Positions 1 through 13,651 are shown, counted from the first letter of the whole stretch. The stretch: 63,247 bases of DNA, filler included, from Saprolegnia diclina VS20 (GCF_000281045.1; 3 parts of 2 records of this genome joined end to end with filler, not necessarily neighbours in it); one strand, 5' to 3'. Made by a program: numbers and translations. The notes: generated from the sequence alone by a model not told the origin.

Positions 1-364
1 AGTGTATTCAAACCACGTCCTTGGAGCCTGGTGAATCGGTGCCGAGTTGTAGAGTCCCAGCCACATCTTTGCGGCAACTCGATACATCGATGGATAATAC
101 AACAATGCCAATCCTAGTCGCTGTCATGCATCTCAAGTGGTGGCGCTGGCAAAATTTGCCCTCGGTTCGCATAAAATGCGAACCGAACTGCTTGATTCAA
201 AGTTGATAATGTGCTGTGTTCTCGTATGACGCAATCCTTCGACATACAACTTGCATTTCCACATCCGCACTTGATAAAATTTATCACGCACAAATGATAA
301 TATCGATTCGTCGAGTCCCGCGCTGGCTCCCCGCGCTCCGTCGACTTGCCTGCTTCGGCAAGTC

Positions 365-463
365 GCACTGCAGATGTCGGTGGCACGCGATAGGCCGCAG
401 ATTGGCATACACGACAGCACTGCAGATGTCGGTGGCACGCGATAGGCCGCAGATTGGCATACA
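365..463. repeat. Direct tandem duplication, 47-bp identical unit, period 52
   Basis: GCACTGCAGATGTCGGTGGCACGCGATAGGCCGCAGATTGGCATACA occurs at 365-411 and 417-463. Confidence 0.95.
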
Positions 464-798
464 GTACTACACACACAGCATACCCCAAGATCAAACGCAG
501 TTGGCTCCTTGTCGACATCGGGTGCCATTTTGGAGTTGAGGAGCGCGGGCATTTTCTCAATGTTGGTTGGGATGCGAAGCCATTGGAAGGAACCACCGTG
601 AGCAACCACCGCACACTACCGCCTTTATTCACCTGAAGCGAACAAGGATCAAGCTGCCACTTCAACGATGGAGCGCTTCTCGAGAAAAATTATCCACTCG
701 CGCGCTTCGTCAAGAATCGACTGGCCACTTCCCATGCCAACTCAGCTGTAGAGACTTTGCCCTTTGCTGGAGCGCGCGAGCACCAGGAGAACGACACC

Positions 799-1787
799 AT
801 GACGCCCATCGACACGTCGCTCTTGATCTTCGGCCCAAAGTCCGCAATGGCCGCCATTCGGTCTCCGTTCAAGGAAGTCTTCGACGGCACGTACAAGGGC
901 GAGTGCGTCCTCATCCATGCCCTTCCGCTGAACCAGAGCACGGGCAAGGCGGTGCCGACACTTCTGCGTATCTCGGCGCTCATGAGGAAGGCGAGGCACC
1001 CGAATGTACTCGAGTTCGTTGGCATGGGCTCGGACAAAACAAGATCGTACACGCCATTCTTATCGAGCCCAAAGCTGTGATCTTACTCTATATGTAGGCT
1101 CATGCTTACAGAGGCGACCGACCACGGCACCTTGAGCAATCACCTGGAGCAAAATTCGCCGCGTAATGTCCGCGGTAGCATCAAAATCCTGCGTGACGTC
1201 GCCAATGGCATGCGCTGGGTCCACGACAATGGCATTCTCCACCGTGCGCTCACAGCTGCCTCCATTCACGTGACGTACGCATCAACTACATATTTTTGAG
1301 TCGAGTTGATATTGACGGCAACATAGGCGCGCGGGCGAGGCCAAGGTCGGCAACTTTGAGTTTGCCCGTCAAGATGCTTTGTTCGGAGTAAGGACCAATT
1401 TTGGTATTCCATCCTACGCCGCGCCTGAAATCCTCAGCCGCACCCCCATCTACACGGAAAAGATCGACGTCTACAGCTTTGCAATGCGTACGTCTTGCTC
1501 TCTTCCTTGAGCCAACAGAAGTCTTATATCTATATTGCATAGTCATTGTCGAAGTCGTGACCACGCAACAGCCGTTTGCCAACATCAAAGCCCCCCAGGC
1601 AACTCTCATGAAGTATATTGTCCAGCGCAACTACCGCCCTGTCTTTGTCCGTACATCCGAGTGGCCCGCCGCCTTGTTTGAGCTCATGGAGAAGTGCTGG
1701 GATGCCAATCCCGTATTGCGTCCGTCCTTTAACGAGATTGTCGAGTGCCTCGAGGCGATCCTCGCCGCCGACGCGCTGCACCAGTAG
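799..1787 (+). CDS. TKL-like protein kinase-fold protein, probable pseudokinase (4 exons)
   Basis: Spliced frame (introns 1047-1097, 1275-1326, ~1488-1542) reads HPNVLEFVG..LHRALTAASIHV..AKVGNFEFAR..YAAPE..DVYSFAM..CWDANPVLRPSF. Confidence 0.85.
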
Positions 1788-2271
1788 ACGGCACCCGACC
1801 AGAGTGAAATATTGAGCGGTGCTAGTACGACTTTGGATATTGTTTCCCGGGCATAGACGATGACCAATTTTAACACACCGACTGATACAATACTTGTCAA
1901 GAAGACTTCGTTAAAGCACAATGCGGCCCGTACGCGACCACGTATTTACAAGCCGTCGGCGCTCGCGCTTTGGATTGCTTCCGGAAGCGCGAAGAAGTCG
2001 AGGACGTCCTCGACATCGATGATATTATCAAGGCCATACATTTTTCCTGGCCTTGATAGTATCATCGAGCATCGCTTGGTCCAGAAGGAGCTGGAACAGC
2101 TGCACTGAACTCAACAATCCTGTGCAACGATCAAGGTGGACGTGCTGGTGGACACCGCTGAAAGGCATGCAAATCATCCGCATACACTGTATTGTCCGAC
2201 CACATGGGCGAGGACGGGGTTCGCATTTCGGAGTCACATTGCATTTTTCGCTCGAGCGCCGTGACGACGAC

Positions 2272-3262
2272 ATGGATCCCTTTGACCCGACGCGATTAAC
2301 GTCCACCGGGAAGTCCGCGACGGCCGTCATTTGGTTCCCGTTCCAAGAAGTCCGCGACGGCACGTACGACGACAAGAAAGTACACATCTACATGCTCCCG
2401 CTGAGCCTTTGCAAGGGCGATGCGATGAAGACGCTCCTGCGTATGTCGAGCATCATGCCCCAGGCCAAGCACCCGAACGTACTCGAGTTCGTGGGCATCG
2501 GCTCGGACGGAGAGAACGCGTACGAGCCATGTCCAATACTATGGCGAAAACGATGACTTGGCCTTTGGGTCTAGGTTTATGGTTACGGAGGCGACCGAGC
2601 CTGGCACCTTGCGCCTCCGCCTGGAGCAAAGTTCACATGTGGATGTCTGCGCAAGTATCAAAATCCTGCTCGGCGTCGCCAAGGGCATGTGCTTTCTGCA
2701 TGAGAAATTTATTCTCCACCGTACGCTCACGGCTGCCACCATTCACGTGACGTACGCTTCAACTACATATTTTTGAGACGAATTGATATTGACAGCAACA
2801 TAGGAGCACGGGTGAGGCCAAGGTCGGCAACTTTGAGTTTGCGCGTGAAGATGTGATTCTTGGCGTAATGACCAACGTTGGGGTTCCGACCCACGCCGCG
2901 CCCGAGATCCTCAGCGGCGATACCATCTACACGGCGATGGTCGACGTCTACAGCTACGCAATGCGTACGTTCGGCACTCTCTGACGTCGTATTGATGATT
3001 GTTCGTAGTCATTGTCGAAGTGGTGACGCGTCACCAGCCGTACGCCAACGTCGAAGCCCCCCAGGCCAAGATCATGGAGTTTATTGTCCAGCACAACTAC
3101 CGTCCAGTCTTTCTCCGTACATCCGAGTGGCCCGCTGCCTTGTTTGAGCTCATGGAGAAGTGCTGGGATGCCAATCCCGTATTGCGCCCGTCCTTTAAAG
3201 AGATTGTCGAGTGCCTCGAGGCGATCCTCGCCGCCGATGCGCCGAAGACCCGCACGCAATGA
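2272..3262 (+). CDS. TKL-like pseudokinase, tandem paralog of 799-1787 (4 exons)
   Basis: Same intron layout; HPNVLEFVG, LHRTLTAAT, KVGNFEFAR, HAAPE, DVYSY, CWDANPVLRPSF. Confidence 0.85.
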
Positions 3263-3387
3263 GCCAAATAAAAGAATGCAACACGATTTCGCAAGATTCA
3301 CCAATCCACAGCAAAGTTTGAAAGGTCCGAAGCTTGTCGGATACGACTGCGCGAAGATTCCAAGCACGAATAAAATACAATACTTTT

Positions 3388-4463
3388 TCAGTCATCGAGA
3401 CGCCATTCTATTGCGAGCTGCTCCATTCGAATGAGAAGACTGCCGAGTCGATCGACAATGTCGCTAAATGTCGGCCGGTCGCTCGGCACGCGGTGGGCGC
3501 ACGCATCAACGAGCCCCAAGACGTCGGTGGGCCACGCGCCAATAGCGTCCTTCTCGTAGCTATGTCCCGTCGTCCCATCGTCGACGGTCGTGCGCTGCCT
3601 TGTCACTATATGCACGAGCACTAATCCACAGATTCGTTTTTCTGAGCCGTCACGAAGTAATTGCGAGCGTACCGCGGCCGTAGCAGTAGACGTTGGCGAG
3701 CTCGTCGACGAGGTTGTCTTCGACGTTGGCCGCGTTCTTGTCGCCATTGGCGTCGTCCACGAGAAGCCCCAGATCAAACCCATTCTCGACGAGCGCGTCG
3801 GCTTGGCACAGATCAAAGTTTGCCACTTTGGCGCGGAAATCGCCCCTGAAAAACAAAATGAGCGTTAACGGCACAAAATGGATCGCGAACAAGCGCGTAC
3901 GTGATGTGCACGTTGCGGGCCGTGACGTTGCGATGTACGATCGGTGGGCTCTGCGCATGCAGATAGTGCAGGCCGCGCGCAATGTCGAGCATCATCGAGA
4001 GCCGTGTGGTCACCGAGAGCGGCGTCGCACTCGCCAAGAGCGACGCCAAGTCACCGCGCTCCAGTCGCTCCGTGACCATGTAGCTAGATACAAAAGAGAT
4101 TATTCTCTCTGCCATGCATCGCAACACGTCGTACATGGCGGGACCCGCATCGAGGCTCGCACCGACGAATTCGAGAATGTTGGGGTGGTCCAGTGTCACG
4201 AGGAGGCGCACCGCGCAGTTGAAGCATTGGACGACTGCGCTCGACGGGCGAGAGAGCTGCTTGACGAGGACGGGTACGCCGTAGTAGTACCCGCTGTGGA
4301 CTGAGGCCCACGGCGGTAACGCCGGCGCTGCCGTCAAGAGCGTGAGGTCGCGGAACTGCACGACCGAGCCGAGCTTGAGCCGAAAGAGACTCGGGTCCCG
4401 CACTTGTGGAGGCGGCGACCGCAGCGGGTCCAAGGTGACGCAGTTGCCTTGGCAGTTGCCCAT
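3388..4463 (-). CDS. TKL-like pseudokinase with putative N-acylation signal (4 exons)
   Basis: Begins MGNCQGNC; VLVK, HPNILEFVG, VHRNVTARN, KVANFD, RPTF; introns at positions equivalent to the two + strand paralogs. Confidence 0.8.
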
Positions 4464-5886
4464 CGACGTTGTATCGAAAAGTGGCGATCCAAAGATGAGG
4501 CGGCGCCTATCACCGTCGAGCGCGCTCCTCCTCCGATTTGTCGCCATGTGTTACGCTCCCGAGAGTAATGGCGTCGAGCGGCAACTTGGCTTTTGCTTTG
4601 TTAGTCGGCGGACGAGATCGACTTTGTCGCTACCTCGCTGGCCTTGTCGAGAGCAAGCTTGCGGAATGCGAAACCGACGAGACCCACAACGGCCTGGTGG
4701 CGTGCCACGTCATGGCGCCAATTTTTGGCCGTGACCAATGGCGCCGGCCACACACCCGCGCTTCCTCCTCCGCACTCGCACCATTGCGCCAGTAAAGAGC
4801 AAGCACAGGATGCAATATAAGCCTGGACTTTCCATCGAGCTCGACATGTCTACGAATAAATAAATAAATATTCCTACCCGCATCCGGTCGAGCCCCATCG
4901 AGGCGCACATTGGAGGTGCAGAGGCGCGTCCTCGACAGCTCCTCGCATCGCAGTAGGTGCGTAAAACCTTCAAGAAACAAGCGACCGACACTCGCATCTT
5001 GGCACATTTTGTTGAAGTTGCCCCACCGACACGCGAACCTGACGTGGCACGCTGAGCATCATCCGCAACTCAATTCTACTTTTTAAAATTGGTTAAAAAA
5101 ATAATTACTTATGGACACCATTCGCGCAGGATGAGTGCATCGATCCCTCTCTGCTTCGTAACCTCAAGCAACGCGACTCGGCGAGGATCGGGCGCGGCGT
5201 CTTATCTTTGGCGCCAACGCAGCTGATGGGCCGTCATGCCTACGCTAGTTGGCAGGACTACTAATGACCGATATACGGAACGCAGCTGCCTACCACCACG
5301 TACACCGAGATATTGAAATCCCAGTATGGTTGTATCCCGCCGGAGCCGATCTAGTCCATCAAGAGGACGCTTGCGCATGATGTTTGAAAAATACATACAT
5401 CGCTACGAGCGCAAGGCAGTCTTGTGCTGGAGGCGACCTCGACCGTCGAGATCTTGAGGCAGCGATCCACAGCTACCGACTTGACGCAATTGCTCCCAGC
5501 GCCGGTACTTGTCCGTGGCCAAATCACAATCGACGGGTCCCTGCCTCGATCGTCGTCTTCCGACTTCTGCTCGCTTTCGCCAGTGCCAATCCCTCCCTCT
5601 TCCCCGATACTAGCAGTATATCAGCGAGTTTTATTCCTTGAAGGCTCATGTCTCACATTGCTTCTCTGGCGTGTGGCGCTGCCACGTCAGAGGCGCCACG
5701 ATCGAACATTGCACTGAGCGAGACCTTCTCAACGCAGACACAGTCTGCGACTCAGGACGACGCCCCGGTTCACATTATTCTCGTTCGACGAGTCGACTAG
5801 ATCGCGGGCATAGTCCTTAACGTCCCCACCAGACAATATATCTTGAGTAAAGATATATTTTTTACATGAAAATGGCGGGATCGGGC

Positions 5887-8800
5887 CTACTCGTCCGTGC
5901 GGCGGGGAAATGGCACCGAGCCCATGCACGTGCGCGCGACATCGTCAAAGACGTCGCGGATCTCGCTCGAGCAGTGGAGGTACTCTTGGTCCCAAAACTT
6001 GTAGCTCGGGTTCCGGATGAGCTCGATAAACGTCACGAGGAGGCCCCACGGGTGCGGCCGGTTCGCAATCAGCCGCTCGAGCAATACGCGCGTGATCTGC
6101 TCCTTGACGCTGGGCGCCTTGGCGTGCGAGAAGAGGTAGAGCAGCACGCAGCTAAAGTAGTGCGTGTGGCTGTTGGGGAACCGGAGGTGGTTGGCCATCG
6201 CGCTAAAGTAATAGTACCGCCCCTCGACGTCGAGCTCGTCGGCCAAAAACCGCAAGACGTCCATCATGGCCGACTGCTCAAACGAAACCGCAGTCTTCTC
6301 GGCCGCCGCCATCTCGGCGATCGCCTCCTTCCCGAGGTACAGCACGACCGCGTTGAGCGCCGGCAGCATGTACTTGGACTCGACGTCGACGCCGGCGCTG
6401 GGCGCCCGCAAGAGCTTCCCAATGAGGTCGTGCGGGAATACGGCCGCGCGGTTCGAGGTCGCAAAGAGGAACGCGTCGAGATACTCCTTGAGCTGGTTGT
6501 GCGCGAGCGCCGCGCTCCAGTTGGGCATGAGCCGCGGCGACACGTTGACTTCTGGGAGCTGCGCGACTTGGAGGCCGGGCGTGAGCGGGTCGGGCAAGCG
6601 CATCGAGCGTGAAAACGCCGACAGAATCACATTGCGCAGCTGGATGCACGCGGCCGGGAGCACGTCGCAAAAGCTCGTGTAAAACTCGGCCAAAAAGTCG
6701 GGGTAGTCGTGCAGCAAGACCAAGACGACGCGGACCGTGCCCTTGTACAAGGCGCCGACGGACGCAGGCGGCGGCATGTGGCGCAAGAACGGCTCCATAA
6801 ACACGAGCAAGCTCATGAGCAGGCGGTGCAGAATCTGCCACCCGCGCTGCTGCTTGGCGCGGAGCAGCATCGGCATAAAGCACCGGTGGCTAATGAGCTC
6901 GGTCCACGCAAAGCAAAAGCCGGGCACCGACATGGGCTGCAGCTGGTTGAACGCGCCCGCAAACGTGTTGAGGACCTGCAGGTGGATCGCGTCGAGCATC
7001 GGCTCTTGCATCGTGAGCTCCTTGAGCAGATTCGCAAAGAAGCGAAAGTACACGCGCTGGTCAAAGAGCGCGTTTGTCTTGACGGCCGCGTCGTGGGCGG
7101 AAATGACCGACGACACGATCGCACTCACGGCCAGCGAGAGCACGGTCAGCTTCATCGTCGCGTTCGCGTCGAGGTACTTGACGAGGAACACGATGAGCTG
7201 CGTGCACGCATCGACCACGTTGTACTGAAGCGGGACCTTGGTCGCCGCCGGCGGCTTTTGGTACGAGCCCTTGAGGCACACGTCGACGCAAATCTCAATC
7301 GCGCCCTTGAAGAACGCGCCCATGCTCTCCTCGTCCTTGAGGAGCCCGTGCTGCTTGAGCATCGCGACAAACTGCATGTGCATCTTGCTGTGGTTGTTGG
7401 CCGGGTCGTTGACGAGCGCCACCCAGTGCTCCATGGCGTTGCTCACCGTGTGGCGGAACGTCGCCGGGTCCATCGTCGGCGTCGGCGACTTGGCTTTTGG
7501 CGGCGTCGACGGCGTCGCCACCTTGGGCTTCTTGGCTTCTTCGAGCAGATTCGAGAGAATCATTATGTTCTTGTTGGTCGCTGCGTGCGCGCCGTGGCGC
7601 TCGACAATGCGCTCGAGCGCATCGAGCGTCTGCGGCAGCTGCTTGCTGAGCGTCACATGGTCCAAAAAGAGGCATTGGCGCACAACGTAGACTGCAAACT
7701 CGATCGCGAGGCCCGTGCGCTCCATGTTGCGCGTAAGGTACGCGTCAAACTCGCTCACGTCGACGACCTTGAGGCGGACGAGCGCAATGATAATCTCGCA
7801 GTGGAGCTTGAGCTTGTCGTCGACCGCCATGCTGAGGATCCAGCGCACGACCTCCTTCTTGAGCCCGTCGCAGCTTGCGCTGAGCATGTCGAGGCACGAC
7901 ACGAGAATGTCGAGAAAGAGCTCGTCGCCGCGGCCCTTGCCGAGCTCGTACATGCACTTGACGACGCGGTTTGCAATCTTGAGGCACGCTTCTTCGCGCA
8001 CTGTCGCCTTGACGCTGGCGCCGAGCGCACGAATGTCGCGGAGGATGCCAAAGACGTCGCTGTCTTGCGGCAGCGAGAGGAGACCCGGGAGCTCACGCTG
8101 GGCCGACGCCGCCGTGCGGACAATGTGCTGCACAAACACCTCAAACTTCTCCATCGAGACCGCAAAGCGCTCGAGCGCTTGCTGCACCGAGAGCCCGTCC
8201 GTGGCCGCGTCCGGACGCGACGTCGGCGGCGTCAACGACGTCGGGCGCGGAATGCGCGTAAACGCCTCGTAGACCATCCACTGGTGCGGCGAAATGCCGT
8301 GCGGCGACGGCTGGAACACCGGCGGCAGCGTCGACGGCGGCGGCACCGAGCCGTCAAACACCACGGGCGGACTGCCGGCTTCTTGCTTTGGCGTGTGGCG
8401 GCGCCGGGCAGCGTACGCCGCGCCGAGCGCTTCGTCAATGTCCCGCATCGCCTTCTCCGACGACGCCTTCTCGATGAGCATGCAGCCGAGGTCCGTGTTT
8501 TCCGTCGAGCACACGTTGACAACGTGGTCGACCTGGTGCGGGTCGCTCGTCGGCAACAGCGACCGCAAGTGCGACGCAATCGAATTTCGAAGCGGATCTT
8601 TGGCCGTGATGAGCGCGAGCGACCCGGCCAGCGATGACACCATCACGTGCGCGGCCTTGCGCATCTTGGCCTCGTCGACCTCGGTCGCAAAGTCCTTGAG
8701 GATGACCTCGCGCGTCGTAATGCACGCAATCGTGACGCTGCGCTCGACGACGGGCGTAATGACCTCGCGGATCGCGCGGTCGACGGCCAGCGGCACGAGC

Positions 8801-11800
8801 CGGCGCAGGTTGACATGGTGCAAGGGCAGATCCGGGTTGACCGCCACGTACGACGCCAAGTTGGGAATCACCGTCGACTCCGAGACGGTCGCCGACCCAT
8901 TGTTGGCCGGCGGGTACGCTTCCTTGCTCTTGAGCGCCGGCGGCTTGAGCGGCGTCGGCGTCATGGGCTTGGGCAACGACGACGACGCCTTGGGCGTCAC
9001 GGCATGCAATGGCGACGTGCGGCCTGTCGGCGTCGACGCCGTGACTTTTGCCACCTTGATATTAAAGTCGGGGTTGCACGTGCGCGGCGGCGCCCCACGC
9101 GTGTGCAGCAAGTTGGCTTTCAGCTGGTCTTCGACGCTCAACTTGAACGACTTGAAGAGCACCTCAATCTCAAATTTGAGGTTGAGCTTGAGGTCCGGCA
9201 CGTCGTAGAGCTCGCTCATCGCGTGGATGAGGCCCATGATCCACGGGTTCGGCGGCTTGAAGATCTTGCTCTTCTTGCAGCCTTCAAGTACCTTGGCCAC
9301 GAGCGGCGTCACCGCAATGAGATGGCCTGTCTCGTAGCCGACGTAGAGCAGCTCTTTGAGATCCACGTCGCGCTGCAAGAGCGGCTTGTTGCGGCCGAGC
9401 GTCATGAGCCCCATCCACGAGCCGAGGTTCTTGAGTAGCGTGCGCTGCTGCGAGTTGGTCGTGATCGTGCCGGACGTCAAGAGCGTGCGCACTTGCTGGA
9501 GGCACGTCTTGAAGATCGCCGCTTCGAGCGCCGGCGCGTGCACCTTCTCCATGAAGATCAGGTACACAGCGTGGTAATTCGGCTGCGTCGCAATGCGCTT
9601 CGACACGAGGTACTGCGCAAACCACGTGTAGTACTCGGGCGACAGCAGATGGCGCACCTCCGGCAGTTTGGCCTCGAGCGTCGAGATGCTCATGTTGTTG
9701 ACGATAAAGTGCAGCCGGTCCACAATGCCTTGCTCGGGCTCCGTCACGAGCGCGCTCTCATCCGCCAAGCTCTCGTCGCCAAAGATGTGGCCCACGTCCA
9801 TGATTGCGGGCGACGACGCGGTCGGCGGCGGCATTGCAATCTTCGGGCTGCTCGGTGCGGCCGGGATCGTCAGCGTCGGCGGCGGCACCGCGACGCTCAG
9901 AGGCGCCGGCGCCACATCGTCGACGACAAGCGCATCCGCGCCCAACGTGCGCGTCACCGCGTTCACCTGGCGCATGATCTCGGGCAGCGCATGCTGGAGG
10001 TGCGCAATTTGGCTCAGGTTCGCGCAGTAGGCCGGGAGGTCGCGGAGCCGCGGTACAAACTGCTGCAGCGCGCACGCACCAAAGAAGAAAAATTTGGACG
10101 TCGTCGGTTCGCGAAGCGACTCGAGCACGAGGCGCAGCGCGGTCTGGAGGAACGTTGACGGCAGCACTTGGTGCTCAATGAGCTTCCCAAAGAGCACGCC
10201 CGTGATGCGCAGCTCCGTCTCGGGGTACCGCGGGAAGAACCGGTACTCGTCAAAGAGATTGTGCACCATGCACACAAAGATCTGGCGCTCCGTCTCGTCC
10301 TTTGAGGCTTGGAACCGCTTGAGCATCGCGACCACGTCGTTGATGTTCTGCTCCGACGTGTAGATTTGCTGGAAGTAGGCGTTCGCTTGCTCTTCAATCA
10401 TCTCGACCGTGACGCCATGCGGCGACACGACGCTCGGCGCCGCGACCGGCTCGGGCTCCTTGAGGATCGAGTGCGCCTTGGCGCAGAGCGCGACCACGTT
10501 CTTGACCTCCATCGCGAGCGCCGGCGGCAGCGAGAGCGACAGCAGCGCCTTGAGCGTCACCGCGAGCGACTCGACCGTGAGCGCGCCGCTCGTCGCCGGC
10601 GTCAGCTGCACCTTGGGCAGCGCGCGGGCGTACTGCCGATGCACAAACGCTACGACCGACGTCGCAAACGGCACGTTGGTCGTTGCGCCCGAGCCAAGGC
10701 GCTCGAGCAGCCAGCTGTCGAGCGCAAGGACGTCGTGGTTGGCGCCCATGACCGCCAGCGCAAGCCCAAACGAGTAGAAGTTGCTGCTGAGCATACTCGC
10801 AAACGCGTCGGCCGTGTTGCGGAGCAGCGAAAAGAGTCGGCCGAGGAGGTTTGGCGCGCCGAGCCAGCACTTGACGCACGCATAGAGCACGAGCTTCGGG
10901 TCGACCGTGTAGAGGTACCGCACAATGAGCGCTGCATTCGGCCGGCCGGCCACGTACAAGTAAAAGAGGTCGCAGAACAGCTCTTCGCGCAGCCCGTTCC
11001 AGCGCGACGTGGCGTGCGCGAGGTTAGCGATGAGCACGTCGGGACAAGCCGCTTTCGCCGCGTCCAACAGCGCCTTGACGTCGCTATAGCCGTCGCCTTG
11101 GCCGAGAAGGAGGAGCGATTCGACGACATCGAGCGAGAACCACGCGCCGTTCTTCGGGGCGCCGGTCGCGTCCGCGCCTTCAAACGGCGCGAGCTTGTTG
11201 GGCGAGTCGGCAAAGTTGACGACCTCGGGCGGCGCGCCAATGGCCGCCGACAGCAGCTGCAAATGGACGCGCTTGTGCTTCCACGGCTTGAGCAGCGGCA
11301 GCACGCGAAACTTGGTGCGCGAAATGAGCTGGTAGCAGCTCAAGAGCACGCGGAAGCGCACCGGGTCCGAGACGTCGAGGTCGTCGCGGTCGAGCTTCTC
11401 CTGCACTTTTGGCCATTTGATGGACGGAAAATCCTTTGCAAACACGTCGGCGATCACATCAATGTTCCACGTCTCGAGCGGAGCGTCGACGACCGCGGTA
11501 TCCGCATCTTCGTACGACGGCAAGGTCGAGATGAGCACCGCGCCGTCGAGAGGCAAGCCCTTGAAGGTGCGCGTGAGCATCGAGAGCATGCCGGCGACGT
11601 GGCCCGGCGGGATCGACGGCGAGTTTTCCAAGCCCGCCTCGGCGAGGAGTCCGCGGAAGGCCTTGGGCGTCGCCGTGCAGCTGTAGCCCACGTCCTCCAT
11701 GAGGTCGTAAAACGTACAAGCGCCGAGGACGTCGTCGAGAAGCGCGTCCGAGATGGCGCTAGCATCCAGGCAGTCGACGAGGTCGACGTTGCCGAGCGTG

Positions 11801-12464
11801 AGCGGTTTGAGCTCGAGGCTCGACATCTCGGTCGGGTGCACGGCCGCGATGCTCGCAAGGAACGAGTCGGTCTGCGCGAGGTCCATTTGGAACGCGTCGT
11901 CCGTGCGGAGGAGGTACACGAGGCCGTGAAGCACGTCGGCAGGCAGCTTGGCGCCGGCCATCGCGAGCTCCGGGAGCTTGGTCTTGAGGAACGAGATGGC
12001 CTCCATCGCGAGGCTGCGCGCTTCGACGTTGGCAAACGCAAGGCCAATCGTGATCTGCTGCGGCAAGCTGAGCTTGACGACCTTGCAGAAATGCAACAGA
12101 AACTCTTCGTTCACGACGACGCTGCCTTGGCCGTCGCCTTGGATCGCGTGCACGAGGTACGTGGTAAAGTTGGGCTTGGTCGAGGCTTGGCCAATCTCAT
12201 GCGTGAGCAGCTGCACCTTGAGCGAGTCCTTGTGGCTCTTCGTGTCGCGAAAGTCGATCTCGCGCACGAGGCAGCCGAGGAGGTACACGCGCGCGTCCTC
12301 GCCATAGAGCCCGACCAGCTAGTCCATATGCATATTGCCATCCATCGCATGGCGAGGGCGTCTACCTGGTTGAGCTCGGCTACATGCGTCTTGAAGTTCT
12401 TCTTACTTAGGCTCGTAATGAGGTAGTGGATCTGCCAGAAGAGCGGCGAAGCGAAGGCGACCAT
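5887..12464 (-). CDS. NOT1: CCR4-NOT complex scaffold subunit 1
   Basis: Long exon with NLFDEYRFF..YP, FKPPNPW, LKLNLKFEIEVL and C-terminal RFPNSHTHYFS..EQITRVLLERLIANRPHPWGLL; 5' exon MVAF..QIHYLITSLSKKNFK joined by intron 12319-12365. Confidence 0.97.
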
Positions 12465-13651
12465 CGCTGCCGGTTGACGTCAGACTCTCTTGTGCCACAC
12501 AAAAAAGCTCGAGGGGCCGGTGCCGGATACGCAACGCCTCGTTTCCGGACGAAGAACGTCTAGACGCACGCCACTTTAGCCAATGACGCCAATCGCGAAT
12601 GCAATGCCGCAGGGACGAGACGGCAAAGTGCTCGTTGACAGCTCTCGTCGTTGACGCCAACGCTGTCCGAGCGGCGGGATGGGCAACGCGGGGATGGGCC
12701 GTGTGGTAGCAACTGAATGGTAAAGATACTTGCGCCAGTCTAGTTGCACGCCACGCTGCATCTCTCGCTGAGAACTGGCCGTGCTATGTATCCGTCGCGC
12801 TTGCTGGACGAAAACGAAGCGCTGCATTCGGTGCGCGTACGCTGTGCGCTCAAGGAGATACAAGACATCGATGATATTCCTTTGCTGCGCTGACGTTTGA
12901 CAAAGGTCGACGGGCGGTTCGTATAGGATAAAAACACGCATCTTTAGCTGCGCCGACGCCGTCAGAACCAAATCGTACGAATAGAAAGCATAGCCTCGGT
13001 GCAGCACCGGCGACACGACGTCGGAGCGAACAAGAGAAGCATGGATATATGGTGGGAGGCGCCAAAGACCCTGCAGCTTATGCTGCACCAATGTGGTACT
13101 CGCCAACGCACACGAAAATTCATTATTAGGCGCCGGTCGACGCGACCATCGTCGTCCTCCTTCCGCATCAACCCGAAGTCCTGCCGCCTTTTCATACGAG
13201 GCTTCGCTCCGCTTCCACAGCGATCCTTGACGAAGCAGGTGTACCCGGGTACCCTTCGTGGACCGTCGGCCGTTGTGTACGTACATGACAGCGTTGCGAG
13301 GCTGATGGCAGGTGGCTGGACTCCTAAAGCTCTGAAATACTGGTCGAAGAATCGTAGTATCAACGCTTCTAGTATATAAGCTTAGTCGCGAGGTTACTGG
13401 TGGCATGCATGTGGCATGACCTGCGACGCCGCTTGAACTTGGGGCTCGCCCGTCAATGACGCCACGCGTGGAGCGTCGCCGCGTTTCATTGGTGCAATAA
13501 TGTCGCGGATTTTATCCAATGGCCTTTTTGCACGTTCGGAATAAAATGCATGCAACGGCCAAGGTATCAATTGAATATTTAAATACCCAGGCGCGCCGTG
13601 AGTAACGAGGCCGTTGTCAAGCGGCAGAAGAAGACATCGCGAAAGCCCCTC

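Noticed and set aside
365..463. Direct repeats as a mini CRISPR array
   Set aside because: Only two copies with a 5-nt spacer, eukaryotic context and no cas genes.
12576..13406. 276-aa and overlapping ORFs between NOT1 and RasGAP
   Set aside because: No codon bias or motif; probably intergenic or decayed sequence, though a short exon-like stretch near 13130-13250 cannot be excluded.
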